Positions 26,340-36,514 are shown, counted from the stretch's first letter. The stretch: 64,000 nt of DNA from Candidatus Eiseniibacteriota bacterium (GCA_043779525.1 JAYWED010000033.1:971-64970), one strand, 5' to 3'. A program made the numbers and translations. Notes: a model not told the origin generated them from the sequence alone.

Positions 26340-27276
26340 CGACCGGAGGCGCGAGGCCGGCGAGAAGCGGAAGCCGCTCCGGTCCTACCAGAGGCTGAGC
26401 CTCACGCCCGCGCCGCCGCGCCGGCCGGACTGGCTCAAGGCGCGCATCCCGTCGGGCCGCGCCTACATGGAAACCAAGGCGATTCTGCGCACCCTCGATC
26501 TCCACACGGTGTGCGAGAGCGCCAACTGCCCGAACATCGGGGACTGCTTCTCGCGGCACACCGCCACCTTCCTCATCCTGGGCAACGTGTGCACGCGCTC
26601 CTGTCCCTTCTGCGACATCCGGAGCGGGAAGCCGCTCCCGGTGGATCCCGAGGAGCCGGCGCGGGTGGCCCAGGCGGTCGGGAAGCTGGGGCTGCGCTAC
26701 GTCGTCGTGACGTCCGTGAACCGCGACGAGCTGCCGGATGGTGGCGCGTTCCAGTTCGCCGCGGTGATCCGCGCCATCCGCGCCGAGAATTCCGCGGCCC
26801 GCGTCGAGGTGCTCATCCCGGATTTCCTGGGGAGCCGGGACGCGCTTGCATGCGTGCTCGACGCATCACCCGACGTGCTGAACCACAACATGGAGACGGT
26901 GAAGCGGCTCTATCCGCGCGTGCGTCCCGCGGGCCGGTACCCGCGCTCGCTCGAGCTTCTGCGCCGCGTGACCGAGATCAAGCCCGGCATCCCGGCCAAG
27001 TCGGGCATCATGCTGGGAGTGGGGGAAACGGTCGAGGAAGTGGAGGAGCTCATGCGCGACCTCAGAGACCACGGGTGCTCGATGGTCACCCTGGGCCAGT
27101 ACCTGCCTCCGTCGGGCTCCCATCTGCCGCTCGAGCGCTACGCGCCGCCGGAGGAATTCGCACACTACCGGACGTACGGGCTCTCGCTCGGCTTCCGGCA
27201 GGTCGCGTCGGGCCCTCTGGTGCGAAGCTCCTACCACGCGGACGAGCAGGCGGGCGAGACGCTTCACATCGCCTGA
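26317..27276 (+). CDS. lipA: Lipoyl synthase
   Basis: TVCESANCPNIGDC, CTRSCPFC, TSVNRD, RSSYHA. Confidence 0.97.
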   Translation: MDDRSISDDRRREAGEKRKPLRSYQRLSLTPAPPRRPDWLKARIPSGRAYMETKAILRTLDLHTVCESANCPNIGDCFSRHTATFLILGNVCTRSCPFCDIRSGKPLPVDPEEPARVAQAVGKLGLRYVVVTSVNRDELPDGGAFQFAAVIRAIRAENSAARVEVLIPDFLGSRDALACVLDASPDVLNHNMETVKRLYPRVRPAGRYPRSLELLRRVTEIKPGIPAKSGIMLGVGETVEEVEELMRDLRDHGCSMVTLGQYLPPSGSHLPLERYAPPEEFAHYRTYGLSLGFRQVASGPLVRSSYHADEQAGETLHIA

Positions 27277-27305
27277 GCGGCCCAGCGCACCCAGCCCAGC
27301 GCACC

Positions 27306-28640
27306 CTAGAGCAGCGCCCCCTGGAGAATGATCTTCGCGGCCGTGAAGTAGATGATGAGCCCCGTGACGTCCACGAGGGTCGCGACGAACGGGGCCGAGG
27401 CGCTCGCCGGATCGGCTCCCAGCCGCCTGAGCAAGAATGGAAGCATCGAGCCCACGAGCGTGCCCCACAGCACGACCCCCACGAGGCTCGAGGCAACCGT
27501 CAGCGCGATGAGCAGATGGTGCGGCCCATAGGTGTGGAAGAGCACCTGCCAGAGGAGAATGCGCGCGGTTCCGATCGCCGCGAGAATGAGCCCCAACCCC
27601 AGCCCCGAGATGAACTCGCGCCGGACGACGACCCACCAGTCGCGAAGGCGCACCTCGCCGAGGGCCATTGCGCGGATCACGAGCGTGGTCGCCTGGCTTC
27701 CCGAGTTCCCGCCGCTGCTGATCACCAGCGGCACGAAGAGCGCCAGAACTACCGCGTGCGCGATCTCCTCTTGGAAGTAACCCATCGCGGTCGCGGTCAG
27801 CGTCTCGCCGATGAAGAGCGCGGCGAGCCAGCCCGCGCGCTTCTTGATCATGTCGAAGATCGCGATGCGCAGATACGGCGCGTCGATCGGCGCCGTACCT
27901 CCGATCTTCTGGATGTCCTCCGTGGCCTCCTCGCGGACCACGTCCACGATATCGTCCAGGGTCACGATGCCCTTCATGTGTCCCTGCTCATCGACGACCG
28001 GGAACGCCACGAGACGATACGTCGCGAAGAGGCGGCTCAGGTCCTCCTGATCCATCTTCTCGAGAACCGTGATCAGATCGGTTTGCATGATCTCCGAGAC
28101 GATCTGCTCGGGCTTCGCCGAGAGCAGCTTCCGGAAGGAGACGATCCCGCGCAGCTTTTGCTCCGGGTCGATCGCGTAGGCGTAATTCAGGGCGCCCACG
28201 CGGTCGGAGGCCTGGCGGCGTAGATACGTGATGGCCTCATCGGCGCTCATCTCGGGGCGGACGCGGATGTACCGAGGATTCATGAGCCCGCCCGCGTCGT
28301 CCTCGGCGTAGGCCAGGAGGCCGTTCACTTCCTTGCGTGTCGTGTCGTCCAGGTGATGCAGCAGCTCCTCGCGCTCGTCGTGCGGGACTTCCTGCACCAG
28401 GTCGGCCGCGTCGTCCGGAGGGAGGAGCCTCATCCACGATCGGCGCTCGGGAGAGGGCAGGGCTCGAATGAGCTCCGCCTGATCGCGCGCGCTCAAGCTC
28501 AGGAACAGATCCTCCGCCTCGGGGCGCGGCAACGCCTGGAAGCTCTCTAGTCGATCCTCCGGGACGAGCAGCTGCCATGCTTCCAGGAGGTCTTCGGCGG
28601 AAAGACGCTCGGCGACATTCGATTCGAGATCGGGCGGCAT
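27306..28640 (-). CDS. mgtE: Magnesium transporter MgtE
   Basis: DDAAD, CBS pair, EEATEDI, SGGNSGSQ, DPASASAPFVATLVDVTG. Confidence 0.97.
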   Translation of the reverse strand: MPPDLESNVAERLSAEDLLEAWQLLVPEDRLESFQALPRPEAEDLFLSLSARDQAELIRALPSPERRSWMRLLPPDDAADLVQEVPHDEREELLHHLDDTTRKEVNGLLAYAEDDAGGLMNPRYIRVRPEMSADEAITYLRRQASDRVGALNYAYAIDPEQKLRGIVSFRKLLSAKPEQIVSEIMQTDLITVLEKMDQEDLSRLFATYRLVAFPVVDEQGHMKGIVTLDDIVDVVREEATEDIQKIGGTAPIDAPYLRIAIFDMIKKRAGWLAALFIGETLTATAMGYFQEEIAHAVVLALFVPLVISSGGNSGSQATTLVIRAMALGEVRLRDWWVVVRREFISGLGLGLILAAIGTARILLWQVLFHTYGPHHLLIALTVASSLVGVVLWGTLVGSMLPFLLRRLGADPASASAPFVATLVDVTGLIIYFTAAKIILQGALL

Positions 28641-28660
28641 GGAAATCCCCCAAGGTCACG

Positions 28661-28697
28661 GTCCGCTCGGGATCCAGGGAGAGGATCGCGAGCGGAC
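28661..28697. other. 14-bp imperfect palindrome upstream of mgtE
   Basis: GTCCGCTCG-g-GATCC-agggaga-GGATC-g-CGAGCGGAC. Confidence 0.6.
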
Positions 28698-28810
28698 ATC
28701 GTAGTGGATCGGTTTGTCCCCCAGCAACATCCGGCTTGGAGAAAAAGCGCCTTTTCGGCTGTATTTGACATGGACAGCACCGGACCTCCTGATAAACTCG
28801 TGCGCATCCC

Positions 28811-31801
28811 GTGAAACACGCTCTTCTTCAACGCTTCCTGACCGCGGCCGTTCTCTCCCTCGCCGGCTTGTACCCAGGCTCCAGTGCCCATGCGGCCGGC
28901 CCGGCGCGGGTTCCGGCTACCGGCGCTACTCCCGCGCGCGTTCCGAACGCAGGTGCTCCTCGGCCGCCCGCCGCCACAGGACCGGACGCCGAGGTTCTGG
29001 CCGTCGTCGATGGAATCCCCATCTCGAAGCTTCAGTGGGACCGCCTGGCCGATCCCTATTTCCAGGAAGTCGAGGCGCGGGCGGGGAGAGGCCTCACCGA
29101 GGACGAGAAGACGCTGCTCCGGAAGAATGTCTTACAAGAATTGATCCGCGAGCGCCTCTGGGTCGCGGACGCCAAGCGGCGCGGATTCGTCGCGACCGAC
29201 GCGGAGCTGGACGCGCGGCTCCAGAGGAACGACTACTTCAAGACGAACGGCAAGTTCGATCCGGCCAAGTTCCGGCGGTTCAAGTTCGCCCCCGAATCGA
29301 ACTACCACGAGATTTCCAATCAGGTGCGGAATGCCGTGCTTCTGGACAAGTACGTCGCGTGGATGAAGATTCGTTACGCCGTCCCGGAGGCTCAGCTCCG
29401 GAAGGAATTCCAGAGCAGGACGGCGCAGGCCTCCGTCCGGTATCTCTGGGTCACGCCGGATCTGGTCTCGCTCGAGCCCCAGGCGACGGCCGACCAGATC
29501 CGCGCCTATTACGAGCGGCACTCCGAGGAATTCCGGTCACCCGAGGAGGCGCGGCTCACGTACATCCGGGTCCCGGTCGAGTCGGGCCCCGGCGCATCGG
29601 ATTCCCTGCGCGCCGCCGCGGAGCTACGCGCGCTTTCCACCGCGAGGGCCCTGATCGTATCCCTCCGCGCGGGACACGCCCCGGAGAAGCTGGCCAAGGA
29701 TTTCGGAGGCATCAAGGACACGGGAATCTTTCGGGTCGGGGATCCCATTCGCGGCCTCGGCCGGTCGGACGCCCTGGCCGCCGCGGCCGGCACCGCCAAG
29801 CCTAAGGTGTGGATGCCGGAGCCGATCCGCGTCGGGCCCTACTTCCTGGTGGCGCGGCTCGAGGAGCACCACGACCCGAGCACGCGCGCCTTCCGCGACG
29901 CGGCTCCGCTCGTGAAGCGTCGCGCGGACGCCGAGGCTCGGGACGCCGTCATCGATTCGCTCGCCCGCCAGGACTACGCCGCCCGGCGGGAGCGCTATCG
30001 CCTCCCGCAGCTCTCCGCTGAGATCATTGCCCGGGCCACGGGCTCGTTCACGGACCCGCGTCCCGTCTCCGAGCGCGACGTGACGCGGACTCTCGAGCGC
30101 ATCCGGAAGAGCCAGGGACTGCCGGACACGGCGAGCGCCTGGGCGGACTCGATCATGAAGACCCTGCCCGACCTGGTGCGGAAGGAGCGCCGGCTGGACC
30201 TCGCGTTCCGGACGATGGGGGAGGCCGCGGAGCGACTCCGGCACGGCGAGAAGGCCGAGGAGGTGGCGAAGCGGTACGGCGCCGTGGTCGATCCCGTCAC
30301 GATCTACAAGGGGCAGCCTCCCCTGGCGCCGTCGCTTCTCGAAGGGGCGTTCCTCGATTCGCTGTACCGGGTCTCCGCCGGCTCTGTGGCCGGACCCCGC
30401 GTGATGCGCGACTCGGTCTTCGTGGCTCGCGTGACCGGGATGGACGTCCGGTACCAGCCGCCCTACGAAGCGATCCGTCCCATGGCCCACGCCGAGGTGG
30501 AGGCAAGGCGAAAGGAGGAAACGGATCGGATGGGCGAGGCGTTCTTCGACGCCCACAGGGACCGCTACCGGACGCCGCAGCGCTGGCTGTTCGATTACGT
30601 CCTGTTCCACAAGCTGAAGCCGGACTCAGCCCCGGTCCCGGCCGATTCGATCCGTGTCTACTACGAGCAGCACCCGCTGGAATTCACGGTCCCGGCGCGC
30701 GCGCACGCCCGGCACATTCTCATCGGATTTCGCCCCGGAGATGGCCCCGCAGCCAGAACCCAGGCCCGGAAGAAGGCGGCGGCCGCCCTGGCGCGGGTGA
30801 AGGCCGGCGAGGATTTCGGCGCGCTCGCCAGGGAGCTCTCCGACGACCGCGGCTCGGCCGCGCAGGGCGGGGACTTGGGGGAGATCACGCGGGGGCAGGT
30901 CGTGAAGGAGTTCGGAGACGCCGCGTTCGCGCTCAAGCCGGGCGAGGTGAGCTCCTTGGTCGAGACCCAGTTCGGCTTCCACATCATCAGGCTCGAGAGC
31001 ATGGTCCCTCAGCGGCTCCGCACGCTCGAGGATTCCCGCGCCGAGATCCGGGGCGTGCTCGGCGAGAGCATCGTGGATTCGCTCGCGCGCATGGAGGCGG
31101 CTTCGTTCGCGGAGGCGGCGTCGAGACCCGGCGCGCAATTCACGGACCTCGCCAAGGCGCGCGGGGGCATGGTCTCCTCCGGACCTGTCGGCGCGCGCGA
31201 CCCGGTCCCGGGGCTGGGGCCCCTTCCGGACATGGCCGAGACGATCGGAACGCTTCCGGAAGGCGGCGTGTCGCGGCCGATCCCGGTCGAGGGAGGGTTC
31301 GTGGTGGCTCGGCTCTCGCGCTCCCTCGCCCCGCGGCCGGCGACCTTCGCCGAGTCGAAGGAACAGGCAGTCCTGGACATGCAGATCGAGCGAAGGCGGT
31401 CGGCCGCGGACTCGATTTCAGCCGCGCTCGAGCGCGACCTCGGCGCTGGAAAGGATCTCGAGACCCTCGCGCTGCCCCTCGGGGGGCTCAAGCTCTCCCG
31501 CTCGTTTCCGCGCCGCGGGCCCGTCCCGGACCTGGCCCGCGATTCGACCCTCGCGCGGGATTCGACCCTCTACGACGAGATCTTCGCCGGGCGCCCCGGC
31601 AGAACGTTGAAGCCGCGCCGAGGGGCGCTGGGGACCCTGTTCGCCGCGGTGGATTCCGTCAGGACGCTGAGCCCGAATCAATACGCGGAGCACCGCGAGG
31701 AGCTGAAGGAGGAGCTTTTCGAGCAGCGCACCGCCGCCTGGACGGAACAGCTTCGCGCACGCGCCAAGATCCAGCTTCTGAGAAAGGACCTCAAGCTGTA
31801 G
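28811..31801 (+). CDS. Large PpiD/SurA-like periplasmic chaperone with parvulin PPIase domain
   Basis: Signal peptide, SurA_N-like VLAVVDGIPI; parvulin ARHILI...GEDFGALARELSDD...GGDLG...ETQFGFHII. Confidence 0.88.
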   Translation: MKHALLQRFLTAAVLSLAGLYPGSSAHAAGPARVPATGATPARVPNAGAPRPPAATGPDAEVLAVVDGIPISKLQWDRLADPYFQEVEARAGRGLTEDEKTLLRKNVLQELIRERLWVADAKRRGFVATDAELDARLQRNDYFKTNGKFDPAKFRRFKFAPESNYHEISNQVRNAVLLDKYVAWMKIRYAVPEAQLRKEFQSRTAQASVRYLWVTPDLVSLEPQATADQIRAYYERHSEEFRSPEEARLTYIRVPVESGPGASDSLRAAAELRALSTARALIVSLRAGHAPEKLAKDFGGIKDTGIFRVGDPIRGLGRSDALAAAAGTAKPKVWMPEPIRVGPYFLVARLEEHHDPSTRAFRDAAPLVKRRADAEARDAVIDSLARQDYAARRERYRLPQLSAEIIARATGSFTDPRPVSERDVTRTLERIRKSQGLPDTASAWADSIMKTLPDLVRKERRLDLAFRTMGEAAERLRHGEKAEEVAKRYGAVVDPVTIYKGQPPLAPSLLEGAFLDSLYRVSAGSVAGPRVMRDSVFVARVTGMDVRYQPPYEAIRPMAHAEVEARRKEETDRMGEAFFDAHRDRYRTPQRWLFDYVLFHKLKPDSAPVPADSIRVYYEQHPLEFTVPARAHARHILIGFRPGDGPAARTQARKKAAAALARVKAGEDFGALARELSDDRGSAAQGGDLGEITRGQVVKEFGDAAFALKPGEVSSLVETQFGFHIIRLESMVPQRLRTLEDSRAEIRGVLGESIVDSLARMEAASFAEAASRPGAQFTDLAKARGGMVSSGPVGARDPVPGLGPLPDMAETIGTLPEGGVSRPIPVEGGFVVARLSRSLAPRPATFAESKEQAVLDMQIERRRSAADSISAALERDLGAGKDLETLALPLGGLKLSRSFPRRGPVPDLARDSTLARDSTLYDEIFAGRPGRTLKPRRGALGTLFAAVDSVRTLSPNQYAEHREELKEELFEQRTAAWTEQLRARAKIQLLRKDLKL

Positions 31802-31890
31802 GAATGCCCCTTGCGCGCCGCGCGATTCATCCCCTAGCATCGCGCTACCTCGGCTCACACACCCGACCCCGCTCCCGGGAGGAAATCGGG

Positions 31891-32580
31891 ATGCGGCGGA
31901 AGATACGATCCACGATCGAAGACATGGAGAATGGTGAGCGCCCGCGCGAGCGGTTGCTCGGCTCGGGTCCGGGCGTGCTCACGGACGCGGACCTGGTCGC
32001 GGTGCTGTTCGGCACGGGAAGCGCGGCGGAGGGGGTTCTCGAGCTGTCCACGCGCGTCACGGCAGCCATCCCGCTGCGTCAGCTCCATCGGGTCCCCGTG
32101 GAAGAGCTTCTACAAGTAAAGGGGATGGGACCCGCGCGCGCCGCACAGCTTCTCGCGGCCGCCGAGCTGGGCCGGCGGCTCTGGCCTGACGGCGACGCCG
32201 CCGCCCTCGTGCGCGGGCCCGAGACGGTGTTCGACCTGACGCGCGACATCCGGGCCGCGAATCGGGAACACTTCGTAGGTTTCTACCTCAACTCCCGGAA
32301 CCAGGTGCTCCGGCGCGAGATCATCTCCATCGGCAGCCTGAACGCGAGCATCGTCCACCCGCGTGAGGTTTATCAGCCTGCGATCGCGGTCTCGGCGGCG
32401 AGCCTCATTCTCGCGCATAATCATCCGTCCGGAGATCCGACGCCCAGCGAGGAGGACGTGGCCATCACCCGCCGTCTCGTGGAGGCGGGACGGATCCTGG
32501 GCATCGATATCCTCGACCACGTCGTGGTCGCGAAGGACGCGTACGCGAGCTTCAAGGAACGAAAGCTCCTCCATGCCTAG
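31891..32580 (+). CDS. radC: RadC/UPF0758 JAB-domain protein
   Basis: ERPRERLL, HhH KGMGPARA, VHPREV, HNHPSGDPTPS..D, LDHVVV. Confidence 0.95.
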   Translation: MRRKIRSTIEDMENGERPRERLLGSGPGVLTDADLVAVLFGTGSAAEGVLELSTRVTAAIPLRQLHRVPVEELLQVKGMGPARAAQLLAAAELGRRLWPDGDAAALVRGPETVFDLTRDIRAANREHFVGFYLNSRNQVLRREIISIGSLNASIVHPREVYQPAIAVSAASLILAHNHPSGDPTPSEEDVAITRRLVEAGRILGIDILDHVVVAKDAYASFKERKLLHA

Positions 32581-33691
32581 ATTTCCGCTTCTCGCCGCCG
32601 CGCTTCTCCTCGCCGCCCTGACCGGCTGCTCCGGCAGCCAGGGAGCGCGGCCCTCGCTTCCCGGCGATTCGGCCTCCATCCCGGCACTCCTGGCTCAGGC
32701 GGATTCCGCGGCCGCGCGCGGCGCTCCGGGCGAAGCGCGCGATCTCTATGTCCGGGCCGCGGACGCGGCGAAGCGCGCGGGGGTCCGGGACCTCGAGTTC
32801 CGGGCGGATCTCGGCGCGGGACAGGCGTCGCTCGCGCTATCGGAGCCCGACGACGCCCGCCGATCCCTGGCCCGCGCCCTGGAGCTCAAACCGGGGAGCG
32901 CGGCGTCGCACGACGCGATGGGGCGCCTGTACACGGCGACCCGAAGATATCTCGACGCGAAGACCGAGCTCGATCGAGCGGCCGCGCTCGACACTCTGAG
33001 CGCCGAGCCTCTGTATCACCTGGGTCTCGCCTATCAGCAGGCGGGAAACCCCACGCTTGCGGCCGAGGCGTTCTCCCGCGCGCTCGCCCGCGATCCGGGC
33101 CATGTCCCCTCGCTGGCGGGACTGGGCTCGGTGCTGGATTCGCGTTACACGGCGGCGGGACTTCCGGAAGGTTATGCCGCGCTCCGGACGCACCCGAGCG
33201 TCTCGCTCGGCGAGCTGGGTGTCATGCTGGCGGCTGAGCTGGGGCAGGATCCCGAACGCCCGAGCTGGCGGCGCGGCAAGGACCTTCCCTCGGACACCGA
33301 GGAGGCGCGCGGAGCGTGGGGCGAACGGTGGGTCCGGGTTTCCATGGCGCGCGGGTGGATCCGGGCCTTCCCCGACGGGTCCTACCATCTCTCGGATCCG
33401 GTGACGCGCGGGGCGCTGGCGCTTCTTCTAGCGGAGATCGCGGGAGCGGCGGCCCCCGCTTTGCGCGCGGCGACCGAACCCTTTCCCGATATCGGTCGCC
33501 GACATTATCTTGCCGCGGCGGCGAGGCGCGCCGTGGAGCTGGGGCTTCCGCTCCGATCGGAGGGGCGTTTTGAGCCGTGGGCATCGGCCACCGGATCGGA
33601 GGCGCTCTCGGCTTTGATGGGCCTTGCCCGCAAGATTGGAGTCGAACCCGTGGTATCAGAGGAACCAATGAAGGGGAACATGGTAAAATAG
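32573..33691 (+). CDS. TPR lipoprotein with C-terminal SLH-like repeats
   Basis: Lipobox LTGC; TPR helices; GWIRAFPDGSYH..DPVTRG and FPDI..HY SLH-like motifs. Confidence 0.75.
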   Translation: MPRFPLLAAALLLAALTGCSGSQGARPSLPGDSASIPALLAQADSAAARGAPGEARDLYVRAADAAKRAGVRDLEFRADLGAGQASLALSEPDDARRSLARALELKPGSAASHDAMGRLYTATRRYLDAKTELDRAAALDTLSAEPLYHLGLAYQQAGNPTLAAEAFSRALARDPGHVPSLAGLGSVLDSRYTAAGLPEGYAALRTHPSVSLGELGVMLAAELGQDPERPSWRRGKDLPSDTEEARGAWGERWVRVSMARGWIRAFPDGSYHLSDPVTRGALALLLAEIAGAAAPALRAATEPFPDIGRRHYLAAAARRAVELGLPLRSEGRFEPWASATGSEALSALMGLARKIGVEPVVSEEPMKGNMVK

Positions 33692-33695
33692 AGAT

Positions 33696-36494
33696 GTGAC
33701 CCGCTCCCGCGCGCTTGCTTCCAGACTCGCAATCTGTCTCGTCGCGAGCGGAGCGCTAGGAACCGCAACTGAATCCTATGCAGCGAATTACAGCCCACCT
33801 TCCAGACGCTCCACGATCCAGCGCGGCCCAGGCGACGTGGTCCCCATCCGTTCCCTCCGTGGGGCGCCGAGGGTGTACCGGAGCGGGCAGGCGAATCAGG
33901 TGGGCGATACGGTCTGGGTTTACCGGGACAGCCTCGAGACCCTGTCGAGCCCCGGGAACGAGGGCGGGTACACGCACCAGGACGCCTCGTACCAGCCAGC
34001 GGCCTGGCACATCGATACTCTTTACGGATGCCAGGGGCACTCCTTCTGGTGCGGCCGGGTCGACTCGAGCTGGACCCTGGACGCCAATCGCATGGGCTAC
34101 GACAATAACTGGACGCAGATCCTGTCCAACTACGTCAGCCTCACGGGCGCCGTGAGCCCGGTGAAGCTTTCCTTCCGGCAGCAGCTCAACATCGAGTCGG
34201 GATTCGATTTCGCCTCGTTGCAGGTGCTCGATCTCGACGATTCCTGGATCCAGCTTGCCCAATGGACCGGCGTGGTCCATGGAGCCTCGGGCGCACCGTG
34301 CGATACCTTCACGGTCCAGATCCCGGACTCCATCATCGCCAAGTACAACCCGATCAAGTTCCGCTTCGTCTTCACGAGCGACATCGAGGGCTCTTCGTCG
34401 GATGGGCTCGCCGGCGCCGTGGACGGCTGGTCGGTGGACAACGTGACCGTGAAGGCGGGTCTCAACGATCTCCGATTCTTCGACGATTTCGAGTTCGGTC
34501 CGGGCACCTGGGTCGTTTCCACGTTCCCGGCGGTGGGCGACTTCTGGCGGGTCCAGGCGAATCCTCCCGGGGAACAGATCTGCACCACCAACACGTCCAA
34601 GGTCTGGAACGTGACGAATCCGACGACCGGCTCCTTGACCACGCGGATGGACGACAAGCTGATCAGTCCGCCCGTTTTCGTGAACCGCTCCGACAAGGTA
34701 TTCCTGGCGTTCGACGTGTACCGGAATCTTCCGCTCCAGGCCTGCTTCTACTACAACGCGAAGGTGCGCACGCGGAACGCCGGGGATCCGGCATGGTCCC
34801 TGTGGACCTCGGCCTCCAGCACGATCTACGGCGGCAACGAGAAGGAGTGGATGCGCCAGTTGCTGACCCTGCCGGGCGCTTCGGGCAAGGACTCGATGGA
34901 GTTCATGCTCAACGTGAAGGACTACTCCGAGATTTACTGCGGCGGCGTTTCCACGCCGTCCGGGACCGCTGTCTACTTCGACAATCTGGCGGTCGGGGTT
35001 ATCGGGCTCGCTTCTCCCTCCATCTCCGCCTCGGAGGAGGATCTCTTCCAGGACACGTTCAACACGGTGCCTTTCTTCTCGAACGACAACTTCAATACTC
35101 CATTGGGCGACAGCGCCTCCGTCCGGCTCTCGGCGTCGCGCGGTCTGAAGCAGGCGTCCTTCTTCTATAGTCTGAATGGGGGATCGTTCCTGAGCCTGCC
35201 ACTCACGCCGTTCGGTGCCGCGATCCCGACGGCTTATTCGGCCGACGTTCCCGCGGCCTCGTACGCGAGCGGGACGCAGCTTCAATACTACTTCTCGGTG
35301 ACGGATTCCCTGAACGACACGTCGACGCTTCCGCCGGACGCGCTGGCGAATTCCCACTACTTCACGGCGACCGTGCTGCCGGCGATCCAGAGCGCTTCCA
35401 CCATGTGCGCGGGCAACACGGCCAACGTGCTGTACGTCAACGACTACCTGGGCGTGGATGGCGGCACCGCCATGGACCAGGCGCTCACGGCGGTGGGACT
35501 GCGATTCGACCGCTACGACGTGAACGCGCCGACGCGCGGGCTCGGTAACTCGCCCGGCGGCGCATTACCGGGGGATCCCGCCCGGATCTGGCCCGGGGTC
35601 TCCGCGTCGGCACTCGGGGTGTATTCCGGGATCATCTGGGACGTGGGAGAACGCTCCGCGTTGACGCTGTCGGCCGAGGATCAGCGGCTCTTGCAAGCCT
35701 GGCTCAAGCTACCGGGCGGGAACCGCGGCCTCCTCGCGGCCGGGGACAATCTCGCCTACGATCTCTCCGCCAACGGGAAAGACATCGGCACGTTCCTGAC
35801 GTGCGCGCTCGGCACGACCTATCTGCGCGACGTCTGGGAGACCGTGCCCCAGGATTCGCTCCAGCCGGTCACGAGCGGCGCCGCCGGCACGAGGATCGCG
35901 CTCGAACCCTTCACGCTGGACGGACAGTGTCCCCACCTGAACCGCTTCGACGCGCTGGCGGCCTCCTCGTGCGCGGGCCCCAAGGCGCGCGCCTGGATCA
36001 CCTACCCCAATGCGGTCGCGGCCTCGGTGGAAATGAGTGACTCCGTGGGCGTGGTGGCCGATTCCTCGCGCTCGGTGCTCTTGGGATTCAGCCTGGGATT
36101 CATTTCCAGCGCCTCGCGACGGAACCTTCTTCTCTACCGGACCCTGGTCGACGAATTCGAGATCCCGACCTGCTACGTCGCGACCGGGGTGGACGAGACG
36201 GCCGCGGCCGCTTCGCCCCGGGCGCGGCTCTTCAACGCGGCCCCGAACCCGTTCAATCCGTTCACCATGATCCGGTTCTCGCTGTCTCGACCAGCCAAGG
36301 TCCGGCTCCTGGTCTTCGACGTCTCGGGCGCGCGAGTCCGAGGCCTTGCCGACGCGCCGATGCCTGCGGGGGAGCACCGTTTCGTCTGGGATGGCACGAA
36401 CGATCGCGGGAGAAGCCTCGCGAGCGGCGCCTATTTCTACCGGCTGGAGGCGGACGGAGAGGTCCAGGCGAAAAAGCTCATCCTCTTGCGCTGA
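33696..36494 (+). CDS. Large secreted protein with C-terminal FlgD-Ig / T9SS type-A-like sorting domain
   Basis: Signal peptide; Trp/Cys-containing beta-rich body; PNPFNP...VFDVSG...WDGTND.G...SGAYFYRL...KKLILLR. Confidence 0.88.
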   Translation: MTRSRALASRLAICLVASGALGTATESYAANYSPPSRRSTIQRGPGDVVPIRSLRGAPRVYRSGQANQVGDTVWVYRDSLETLSSPGNEGGYTHQDASYQPAAWHIDTLYGCQGHSFWCGRVDSSWTLDANRMGYDNNWTQILSNYVSLTGAVSPVKLSFRQQLNIESGFDFASLQVLDLDDSWIQLAQWTGVVHGASGAPCDTFTVQIPDSIIAKYNPIKFRFVFTSDIEGSSSDGLAGAVDGWSVDNVTVKAGLNDLRFFDDFEFGPGTWVVSTFPAVGDFWRVQANPPGEQICTTNTSKVWNVTNPTTGSLTTRMDDKLISPPVFVNRSDKVFLAFDVYRNLPLQACFYYNAKVRTRNAGDPAWSLWTSASSTIYGGNEKEWMRQLLTLPGASGKDSMEFMLNVKDYSEIYCGGVSTPSGTAVYFDNLAVGVIGLASPSISASEEDLFQDTFNTVPFFSNDNFNTPLGDSASVRLSASRGLKQASFFYSLNGGSFLSLPLTPFGAAIPTAYSADVPAASYASGTQLQYYFSVTDSLNDTSTLPPDALANSHYFTATVLPAIQSASTMCAGNTANVLYVNDYLGVDGGTAMDQALTAVGLRFDRYDVNAPTRGLGNSPGGALPGDPARIWPGVSASALGVYSGIIWDVGERSALTLSAEDQRLLQAWLKLPGGNRGLLAAGDNLAYDLSANGKDIGTFLTCALGTTYLRDVWETVPQDSLQPVTSGAAGTRIALEPFTLDGQCPHLNRFDALAASSCAGPKARAWITYPNAVAASVEMSDSVGVVADSSRSVLLGFSLGFISSASRRNLLLYRTLVDEFEIPTCYVATGVDETAAAASPRARLFNAAPNPFNPFTMIRFSLSRPAKVRLLVFDVSGARVRGLADAPMPAGEHRFVWDGTNDRGRSLASGAYFYRLEADGEVQAKKLILLR

Positions 36495-36514
36495 AACCGG
36501 TCTGGGTCTACCAT
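36486..36514 (+). promoter_or_regulatory. sigma70 promoter of the rib operon
   Basis: TTGCGC-N17-TACCAT just upstream of the riboswitch. Confidence 0.55.

Noticed and set aside
31538-31570. RDSTL duplication in the PPIase
   Set aside because: Short 18-nt in-frame slippage with no evident significance.
31891-32580. radC as marker of a mobile or defence element
   Set aside because: Full-length chromosomal-type RadC among housekeeping genes; no integrase, att sites or defence genes nearby.
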